Part shown: positions 1 to 7,216 of the stretch, in pieces
Numbering within the stretch: the first letter of the stretch is position 1
Layout: each line of letters opens with the position of its first letter
Origin: Octopus sinensis
Taxonomy: Eukaryota
DNA: 8,717 nt
Reading direction: 5' to 3'
Assembly (NCBI RefSeq): GCF_006345805.1
Contig: NW_021828358.1
Span: 1-8,717 of the forward strand
The notes under the pieces: generated by a model
Told to the model about the DNA's origin: nothing
What the model saw: only the letters and a program-made list of their open reading frames with translations
Databases searched by the model: none
Position numbers and translations under genes: made by a program

Positions 1-211
1 CAATGAAGGGACTGACTATTAAGCTTCGGAGCACTCAGATTGCAACATTAATCAGATCAGTGGGTGTCCGGATTTGTGAGCTATCCCCGCAACTGGGCAG
101 TGACACCGCAGCCCTTTAATCTTGGTTGGTCTTAATTGTAGTTGCTTTAAGCCCAAACGTACATATGTGTGTAGACATACATACATGCATGCATCCATGC
201 ATATATCTTAA

Positions 212-582
212 TGTTATTGTTGCTATTGCTGTTGCTGTTGAGCGAACGTCCCAGAGCTCGCAAGATGGGAGAAGTCCGAAACGTGGTCCTTTGCTATTCG
301 TAAGACCCGCAGAAGAAAAAGCAGGTCAACCCCTCGGCACCGAGAGCATCGACGGATGGATGAATGCGCATCCAGACTCAGCGGTTGCGTAGGAAGTCAG
401 GGACAAGAAACAGGAAGAAAGAGTGAGAGAAAGTTGGGGCGAAAGAGTACAACTGGGGTGGCCCCCCCCTACCGGAGCTTCGTGGAGCTTTAGGTGTTTT
501 CGTTCAATAAACACACACAGCGCCCGGCATGGGAATCGAAACCGCGAGTCCGCTGCCATAACCACTGGGCCATTGCGCCTCC
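212..582 (-). mobile_element. tRNA-derived SINE (family A) with (CAA/CAG)n tail
   Basis: Minus strand starts GGAGGCGCAA-TGGCCCAGTGG (A box) ... GGTTTCGATTCC (B box). Body is 241-582 and the simple-repeat tail is ~212-240. A 12-bp direct repeat CTGTTGCTGTTG lies at 229-240 and 586-597 (candidate TSD). Confidence 0.85.
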
Positions 583-585
583 TCA

Positions 586-617
586 CTGTTGCTGTTGTTG
601 TTGATGTTGTTGTTGCT
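586..617. repeat. (TTG/CTG)n microsatellite between two divergent SINE heads
   Basis: ctgttgctgttgttgttgatgttgttgttgct read directly. Confidence 0.9.
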
Positions 618-843
618 AAGTCTGCGATTTGGTGGAATCGTTAGCACGGTGGTCAAAATTCATCGCAGCATTTCTTCCGGGTTTACGTTCTGAGTTCAAA
701 TTCCGCCCAGGTCGACTTTGCCTTCTATCCTTTCGGAGGTCGATAAAATAAGAACCAGTTGAACAGTTTGATTGACTAATCGACTAACCCTCTTTCCACA
801 AATCTCAGGGCTTGTGCCTATAGCAGAAAAGATTATTATTATT
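618..843 (+). mobile_element. tRNA-derived SINE (family B core, tail type 1), near full length
   Basis: Degenerate A box TGGTGGAATCG at 630-640 and B box GAGTTCAAATTCC at 692-704. The central block GTCGACTTTGCC..ATCCTTTCGG..GGTCGAT.AAATAAG.ACCAG is shared with the copies at 2320-2520 and 7217-7736. (ATT)4 tail at 832-843. Candidate TSD TTGTTGCT at 610-617 and 842-849. Confidence 0.9.
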
Positions 844-1326
844 GTTGCTGTTGTTTGCTGTAGAAACACGATTAAGCAGGGTCCCACAAAGAAAGCGATA
901 TCTACCATGATTGCTCAAAAAAATATAGATAAAATAAAATTAAAATAAAGGACACCCCTTCTTTATTCTGAAATACAAAGGGAGCTTTTAGATTACTAGG
1001 CCTAATTCATCTTCCTTTTGCAATCTGAGTACTCCGAAGTCTGAGTGAAACCCAAAGTTTACTTTTGTATTTGATATAGTGGTCCCTTACCTCCTCAATC
1101 AACACAGAATACTTTCTGCGTGTATTTAGCATAAATCAGAAAAACGTACATTTCAGATATATCTCATATTTCGATGGTAATCGACAGATGTTTCCTAAAT
1201 GTAAACACCAACAAATGTATAATTAAATAATTATGACACATAAATTAATCTGAATTGCACTAAATTAAATTAACATATAAACAGCGTATACACAAGTTAT
1301 GAGGAATGTTATAACAATGTTTTATA

Positions 1327-1384
1327 AGTTTAATTTATGTTAATGTAATTCAAATAGTTTAATTTATGTTAATTCAATTCAAAT
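1327..1384. repeat. 29-bp tandem duplication (2 copies)
   Basis: agtttaatttatgttaatgtaattcaaat / agtttaatttatgttaattcaattcaaat, 27/29 identical. Confidence 0.9.
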
Positions 1385-1527
1385 TGATTATGCGCTAGAA
1401 TTATTTAATTATACGTTTGATAGTGATTTATTTTAACGAAACAGCTGTCGAACACCAAATATGAACTATGAAGAAAATTATGGATTTCTTCTTTTATGCT
1501 ATGTTGCTATTATAATTTTAGCCGATA

Positions 1528-1576
1528 ATATATATATATACATACATGCATAAACACACACGCATACACACACACG

Positions 1577-1634
<58 letters not shown>
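1528..1634. repeat. compound (TA)n/(CA)n microsatellite
   Basis: Directly visible dinucleotide runs. Confidence 0.97.
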
Positions 1635-1635
<1 letters not shown>

Positions 1636-1665
1636 TTTACTTTATCTCAACAAAAAGCAATGCAG

Positions 1666-2100
1666 TTAATCAAAGTTTGCTAACTCACGCGTAGTTTGAG
1701 TTGTATCCGCTTCCACTACACTTTCCTGCTCAACATTGGTTTCAGGTCTACCACGGGGCTGATTTTCAAGAGTAAAGTCACCAGACCGGAACTTCTCAAA
1801 CCACTGCTGTACAGTGCACTCATTCGCCACATCTTCATCACACACCTCATTGATGTTTCGAGCTGTCTGGGACATGACGCAACTCATATTCATAAACAAA
1901 ACGAATGTTCGATCCATCCATGGCTTCACAAAAATTGATTTACAAGAGAAAACTTACAATATCATCAGACACAATGAATTGCATTTCGAAGAGTGATGAT
2001 GTAACTCTTCAATGTTGTAAAACAACGAATTGTCAGGCTAAAACATTAAAGTTAACGACCGCCATATTTGGTGCACAAGAAAATCAGACATTTGCGACTC
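1666..2100 (-). mobile_element. mariner (Tc1/mariner) DNA transposon, 5' part only
   Basis: Contains a decayed transposase N-terminus (next feature) plus upstream non-coding leader. The right boundary (~2080-2105) is approximate; no second TIR is present in the window to confirm it. Confidence 0.75.
1669..1921 (-). pseudogene. mariner transposase N-terminal HTH DNA-binding region, frameshifted and truncated
   Basis: ATG at 1921 gives MDGSNIRFVYEYELRH, then a frameshift into SQTARNINEVCDEDVANECTVQQWFEKFRSGDFTLENQPRGRPETNVEQESVVEADTTQTTRELANFD*. Motifs TARNINEV, WFxKFRSGDF and PRGRP are typical of Mos1/Hsmar1-like transposases. There is no WVPHEL linker or DD34D domain. Confidence 0.9.
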
Positions 2101-2319
2101 TTATTTCATTTTGATGAATAAATTTGTTGGAGGATGGTGCTTCCCTCTTCCCCCTCGCTTTTCTTTTCGAGTGAAACTTGGAAAAGATAAAGAGAGCTTG
2201 GTTAAAGAGGAAGGTGTCTGTGTTCGACCCTTTTAATCTGGTCCATCTCACAACCTCTTTCACTAGGGCCACCAGACAGATAAAACACTGTTTGTCCTTC
2301 CCGGCCAAAAAAAAAAGGC

Positions 2320-2520
2320 AATGATAATGGTTTCAAGTTGTGGCACTGGGCCAGCAATTTCGGAGGAGGGGTTAAATCGATTACATCGACCCCAGTACTT
2401 AACTGGTACTTATTTCATCGACTCCGAAATGATGAGATATAAAGTCGATCATGGCAGAATTGGAACTCAGAACGTAGAGACGAACGAAATGTCCACTAAG
2501 TATTTTGTTCAATGTGCTAA
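2320..2520 (-). mobile_element. tRNA-derived SINE (family B core, tail type 2), diverged, 5' end eroded
   Basis: Minus strand reads TTAGCAC..CATTTCGTTCGTCTCTACGTTCTGAGTTCCAATTCTGCC..GTCGATGAAATAAGTACCAGTTAAGTACTGGGGTCGATGTAATCGA..GAAATTGCTGGCCCAGTGCCACAACTTGAAACC-ATTATCATT, homologous to 618-843 and 7217-7736. Confidence 0.88.
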
Positions 2521-2600
2521 GGAAAGGCCATGATACTAACCGTCGTCATGTTCACATACCTTTGCTATATTTTATATCTTGTATTTATATTCCTTCGCAG

Positions 2601-2686
2601 ATCCTGAAACTTTCTGAGTGTAAACGCATCAATTTTAAAACATTTTGTATTTTATCAGCTCTTTCTGAGAAGGTCACTCAATTAGA
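2601..2686 (+). CDS. candidate internal coding exon (86 nt, phase 0 to phase 2) of an unrecognised gene: ILKLSECKRINFKTFCILSALSEKVTQL+GA
   Basis: Acceptor tatattccttcgcAG at 2599-2600 and consensus donor GA|GTAAGT at 2687. Only one of three frames is open. Phase is compatible with exon 6782-6851. Confidence 0.65.
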
Positions 2687-2713
2687 GTAAGTTTCATTTT
2701 GCTTAAATTTATC

Positions 2714-2736
2714 TTGTTGTTGTTGTTGTTATTATT
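2714..2736. repeat. short (TTG)n/(TTA)n microsatellite
   Basis: ttgttgttgttgttgttattatt. Confidence 0.9.
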
Positions 2737-2881
2737 GCATGACCCTGGAAAACTCTAGACGGAATCGGCCAACCCCTGTTGGTTTCGTTCAAGTTTCATT
2801 TTGATTTATATAAATAGCAGTCATCAAGGACCTAATCGAATTGTCAATCTCAGTATCTCGCAAGCTTATGTCCCCGAAAGC

Positions 2882-3040
2882 TAGCAGTTGGGCAAAAGAG
2901 ACCGATAAAATAAGCACCAGGCTTTTAAAAAAATAAATCCTGGGGTTGATATATTCGGATAAAAATTCTTCAAGGCGGTACCCCTGCATGGCCGCAGTCA
3001 AAAGCGATTGAAACAAGTAAAACATGAAAAATAAAAGATA
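2882..3040 (+). mobile_element. SINE-related element sharing part of the family B core (tail type 3)
   Basis: ACCGATAAAATAAGCACCAG...CTGGGGTTGATAT matches the core GTCGAT.AAATAAGTACCAG...CTGGGGTCGATAT of the other copies. It is followed by a distinct 3' part (CAAGGCGGTACCCCTGCATGGCCGCAGTC..GAAACAAGTAAAA) and an A-rich tail. No A/B box is visible and the 5' boundary is approximate. Confidence 0.65.
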
Positions 3041-3075
3041 TAAATGTATGTATCTGTATGTCTTTGCTTTCGAAA

Positions 3076-3549
3076 ACATTCGCTTGCTTTCTTCCAAAGG
3101 CTCTAGTGCTCTTAGCTTAGATTTTTTTGGAGCCGGCCAGATTAGAGCAGTCTACAGAGTAACCGATCGAAACTGCAAAGACGATCTGGTACTCGACTGA
3201 AGATTCAAAGCTCCAAATGACCCGTCCTTATTATTTCCTGTCCTTTTTTGTATCGTCTAACTGTCCGAATGTTTTATTGTCACATGTTACTTCACGAGCG
3301 AAGCCCTTTGTGACATTCGCTTGCTTTCTTCCAAAGACTCTAGTGCTCTTAGCTTAGATTTTCTTGAAGCGGCCAGATTAGAGCAGTCTCGAGAGTAACC
3401 GGCCGAAACTGTAAAGACGGTCTGGTACTTGACTGAAGATTCAAAGCTCCAAATGACCCGTCCTTATTTTATCCTGTCCTTTTTTTGTATCGTCTAACTG
3501 TCCGAATGTTTTGTTGTCACCTGTTACTTCACGAGCGAAGCCCTTTGTG
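3076..3549. repeat. tandem duplication of a 237-bp unit (2 copies plus ~9 bp of a third)
   Basis: Unit 1 is 3076-3312 and unit 2 is 3313-3549, both ACATTCGCTTGC...GAAGCCCTTTGTG. About 16 differences by manual count (~93% identity). atatttgct at 3550 resembles the unit start. Confidence 0.97.
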
Positions 3550-3610
3550 ATATTTGCTCTGCCCCGATTTATGTAGACACTCCGTCATCACTATCGTTAT
3601 CGAAAAATGG

Positions 3611-3824
3611 GGATCTTTTCGGTTTGAACGGCAGTTTTTTTTCCAGCGGTATCATATGAAATTGTCACTCATAATTATGACCCTAGAATCGATCTATTGC
3701 ATTTCAATAAAGCCAAGAGAAAAAGATGTTTTATAAACACATTCTACCAGTATACGAAGTTTTAAAATTTTTTAGTTACCTAGAAATTATGTTAAAAACT
3801 GCCGTTCAAAAACCGAAAAGATCT
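3611..3824. mobile_element. MITE / non-autonomous TIR DNA transposon (~214 bp)
   Basis: TIRs GATCTTTTCGGTTTGAACGGCAGTTTTT (3612-3639) and AAAAACTGCCGTTCAAAAACCGAAAAGATC (3794-3823) are reverse-complementary apart from 2 extra A. Flanking direct repeat AAAAATGG at 3603-3610 and 3827-3834. Confidence 0.88.
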
Positions 3825-4130
3825 AAAAAAATGGCTCTTTTGCCAAAACGCAAAAAACAAAATCCGTAACGAACGACGCGGTTGCTCATCTACTTCAGCA
3901 CAAAATAAATAGAAATAATTGTATGAATAAATGAAAGCCGATATGTGGACGATAGCAAATAGAGATGAACCAAATTATGACACTCGGTTGCTAGGTTACA
4001 CATATTAGCCAGAGCGACGTAATCGGTTAAACGATTTCACTGGGAGATTACGAGTGACAATGCAGTAAAGAAGGGTTACTTGCAGAATATGCATTCGGGT
4101 GCGCAGACTGCCATGGATGTAGACATACGG

Positions 4131-4258
4131 ATGTTTGCGTATGTCTGTATATAACATATTATGTATGTGTGTCTTATGCACATCTGTATCATGGTATATG
4201 TGTATGCATGCACGCGTGTATATATGTATGTCTTTATATAACTTTGTGCATATTTGTA
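4131..4258. repeat. degenerate (TA/TG)n low-complexity tract
   Basis: Alternating purine-pyrimidine sequence. Confidence 0.75.
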
Positions 4259-4323
<65 letters not shown>

Positions 4324-4336
4324 GTATGTCTGTCTG

Positions 4337-4414
<78 letters not shown>

Positions 4415-4557
4415 AATCTATCTATAGGTAGCTGTCTGTCTGCATGTCTGTCTGTCTGTCAATCAGATAGTCAATCAGTCTGTTTGTCTGCCTGTCTATC
4501 TATAGACATATCTATCATCTATCTATCTATCTATCTATCTATCATCTATCTATCTAT

Positions 4558-4612
<55 letters not shown>

Positions 4613-4678
4613 GTCGTCTATCTATCTATCTATCTATCTTCTATCTATCTATCTATCTCTATTTGTCTGTCTATCCAT
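4259..4678. repeat. long (TCTA)n/(TCTG)n tetranucleotide microsatellite (GATA/GACA type)
   Basis: Directly visible; interrupted at ~4421-4510 by TCTG/TCAA variants. Confidence 0.97.
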
Positions 4679-4730
<52 letters not shown>

Positions 4731-4744
4731 AAATTATTATTATT
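4679..4744. repeat. (CTA)~17 followed by (ATT)4
   Basis: Directly visible. Confidence 0.97.
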
Positions 4745-5263
4745 GAGTGGGGTAAAATATATGAAGCCCAGTATACCCATCATAACTACCCGTCTGATAA
4801 GGGTACACCAGGTACATGCATCACAACCATATGTGCGCGACATGGTGATCTCATATCAAGACAAACAGCGCATGACCTTGCAGGTGGGGCCCAGTTAGAA
4901 TTTTCTTCTGGTCGAGTAACCCATCCCGCTCAAAAGGTCTCTGAACAAGGATTGTTTAAGGATGTTGAACGAATCACCTATGTTTCCAAAGGTGAATTAT
5001 CCAAACCTCTAAGAATTCCTTTCATTACATAGCTATGATGCTTCCCCACTACTTCTGCTCTTGATCAGAGATGCACATATCGTCAGCCACTAAGGGACAT
5101 GCTCAACTGGTTAAGGTCAAACAACTGACAAGCAAATCTGTGGTATCGAGCAGAATATTTGCTGTAGCCCATCTTTTATCCAAGACAAAACATGTACATG
5201 ATAACACTTCCAATCAGTTAAGATCAGAAGCCATAGAGCAACTGCCTGGTACTGCATCAGGGC
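4745..5263 (-). mobile_element. unclassified ~520-bp non-coding interspersed element embedded in an (AAT)n tract
   Basis: Complex sequence sharply bounded on both sides by (ATT)n (4733-4744 and 5264-5316). No credible ORF, A/B box or TIR seen. It resembles a dispersed octopus repeat from memory (not verifiable here); orientation is inferred. Confidence 0.55.
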
Positions 5264-5316
5264 ATTTATTATTATTATTATTATCATTATTATTTATTAT
5301 TATTATTATTATTATT
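5264..5316. repeat. (ATT)n microsatellite
   Basis: Directly visible. Confidence 0.95.
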
Positions 5317-5543
5317 TCTAGATTTTCTCACATTTAGAATTATTTCTATAAATAATTATGCATTGATTGATATTTCCTTCTCCACAATGGATAATTGTCG
5401 TCTCTTATTGAACACTCCCGTTATAAATAACAATTTCTGCTATTTGTTGCTAAGCAACAATACTTCCAAATTGCCCCTCCTCAATCCCATTCTCTCTTTT
5501 GTTGCTAGTACTATACTTGTTTATAGATTGATAAGCCCTCTGA

Positions 5544-5966
5544 GTATGTATGTGAATGTGAATGTGTGTGTGTATGTGTGTGTGTGTGTGTGTGTTTGTA
5601 TGTGGTGTGTGTGTGTGAGTGTGAGTGTGAGCGCGCATGTATGTGTGTTTGTGTCTGTGTGAGTGCGCGGTGTACGTGTTGATGTGTGTGTGTGTGTAAA
5701 TGCATGTATGTGCGTATGTGTGCAGGCGTGTATGTATGTGTGTGTGCGCCCGCATGTGTGCTTGTGTGTATATATATATATATATGTGTGTGGTGTGTGT
5801 ATATATATATATATGTGTGTGTGTATATTATATGTATGCGTGTATTGTGTGTTTATGTATGTGAATATGTATGTGTGCATGTATGAGTGCGAGCGTACGT
5901 GTGCTGGTATGTAAATGTATGTGTGTAAGTGTATGTGAATGTGTGTGTATGTATATATATGTGTGT
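5544..5966. repeat. compound degenerate (TG)n/(TA)n/(TGAG) microsatellite
   Basis: Directly visible; source of the His/Thr- and Cys/Val-rich ORFs. Confidence 0.95.
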
Positions 5967-6447
5967 TTTCTCCTTCAGTTACAGCCTCAGGGTGGTGATT
6001 ATACCACTTGTCGGCAGTTTTGATATTGTAATGCCGACTTATTAGCCAGTGGAGATATTGGCCAACTCTGTCATGTCTTAATTTATACTCCACTGGTGCT
6101 AAGACTTTACATCCAGAGATTAGGTGGTCCACTGTTTCAATCATGTCGTTGCAGAATCGGCATTTTGGGTCTGCTCCATTTTTCATCACATTGGCCTGGT
6201 AGTTCCGGTTTGATCTTGAGCCCAGGATGAAACCTTCGCTCTCTGCTTTTAGCCCTGAGCTCCGTAGCCACTGATGGTTTGCTTCTGGTCAACATCAGCT
6301 TGATTTGCTGCGGGTCACATATTTGCCGTGCAGAGGTTTCTCCTCCCACCTATCAGCCAATTGCTGCTCGTGCGCTTTCTTCATTGCCATCATTTCACCT
6401 TCTTTGCAACAATAGTTGCCGTACTTCCCTCGGGTTGTTCAGTTTGG

Positions 6448-6448
<1 letters not shown>
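5965..6448 (-). pseudogene. Dong/R4-clade (RLE-type) non-LTR retrotransposon fragment: post-RT linker and CCHC zinc knuckle
   Basis: Across several frameshifts: TQTEQPEGSTATIVAKKVK / MMAMKKAHEQQLADRWEEKPLHGKYVTRSK / QADVDQKQT / HQWLRSSGLKAESEGFIL / AQDQ / RNYQANVMKNGADPKCRFCNDMIETVDHLISGCKVLAPVEYKLRHDRVGQYLHWLISRHYNIKTADKWYNHHPEAVTEGEN. The CX2CX8HX4C motif (6109-6162) followed by RHDxV is diagnostic of RLE-type elements. The 5' junction abuts (TAA)n. Confidence 0.9.
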
Positions 6449-6504
<56 letters not shown>

Positions 6505-6556
6505 GTTATTATTATTATCATTATTATTATTATTATTATCATGATCATCATCATCA

Positions 6557-6614
<58 letters not shown>

Positions 6615-6625
6615 CATCATCATCA

Positions 6626-6706
<81 letters not shown>

Positions 6707-6778
6707 TATTATTATTTATTATTATTATTATTATCATTATTATATTATTATTTATTATTATTATTATTATTATTATTT
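6449..6778. repeat. ~330-bp (ATT)n microsatellite with (ATC)n interruptions
   Basis: Directly visible. Confidence 0.98.
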
Positions 6779-6781
6779 CAG

Positions 6782-6851
6782 ACCGTTTATCCAAAACCTG
6801 GTTGACAGGTCCAATTACACAGCATTCGACATCAAACTGAACCGGAGCAAG
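6782..6851 (+). CDS. candidate internal coding exon (70 nt, phase 2 to phase 0): A+PFIQNLVDRSNYTAFDIKLNRSK
   Basis: Acceptor tttcAG at 6780-6781 and donor AAG|GTGACA at 6852. The other two frames contain TGA. The first A completes GA from the previous exon to give GAA (Glu). Confidence 0.6.
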
Positions 6852-6897
6852 GTGACATTTAAAAAATTATTTTCACGGATGTTATTTCAACTATATT

Positions 6898-6915
6898 TAC
6901 TACTACTACTACTAC
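6898..6915. repeat. (TAC)6 microsatellite
   Basis: Directly visible. Confidence 0.9.
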
Positions 6916-7216
6916 TTAGCAATAAACCATCTCATTAAATGTGTGACGAGTCCGAAATGAGCAGTTGTTAATTAGATGATAATTTGTGGACTCCTAAGCT
7001 CATTAATCTTATATTATTATTATCTTATATTAATCTTATATTATATCCATTTAGAGGCACTTCTACACTGTGTTTCGATTGGTTTGATCTTCGATGGTCA
7101 TCAGGTGTCTTATATCTTAATAAGCACATGTAAGGTTCTATCTGAATATATACATAGTACTAGCCCATATTCGAACACGGCACCAATCAGTGGGTAAAAG
7201 TACTATTATGGTACTT

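Noticed and set aside
520-704. tRNA genes
   Set aside because: Only A/B-box-like heads continuing into SINE bodies; no complete cloverleaf.
126-908. Short ORFs at 126-392, 326-586, 423-644 and 696-908
   Set aside because: They lie within SINEs and microsatellites and show no recognisable domain.
960-1160. Splice-like motifs (minus-strand GAG|GTAAGG near 1090 and ctttgtatttcAG near 970; plus-strand catttcAG near 1156)
   Set aside because: No coherent open exon could be built; such motifs are expected by chance in AT-rich DNA.
2140-2215. Possible + strand exon after a pyrimidine tract (KLGKDKESLVKEE)
   Set aside because: Weak donor (GTGTCT), and it ends in phase 1, incompatible with the phase-0 start at 2601.
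4135-5032. 287-aa and 98-aa ORFs rich in YLSI/poly-Leu
   Set aside because: Translation of (TCTA)n and (CTA)n running into a non-coding repeat; no protein signal.
5363-6189. His/Thr-rich and Cys/Val-rich ORFs, including the 222-aa minus-strand ORF
   Set aside because: Only the first ~75 aa of the 222-aa ORF are real homology (decayed Dong); the rest is (CA/TG)n read-through.
6279-6938. poly-Tyr / poly-Ile ORFs
   Set aside because: (ATT)n artefacts; only 6782-6851 is retained as a candidate exon.
7001-7045. Three TCTTATATTA repeats
   Set aside because: Low-complexity AT-rich slippage; no further structure.
7035-7110. Possible next exon after catttAG
   Set aside because: The required phase-0 frame hits TGA after 10 codons.
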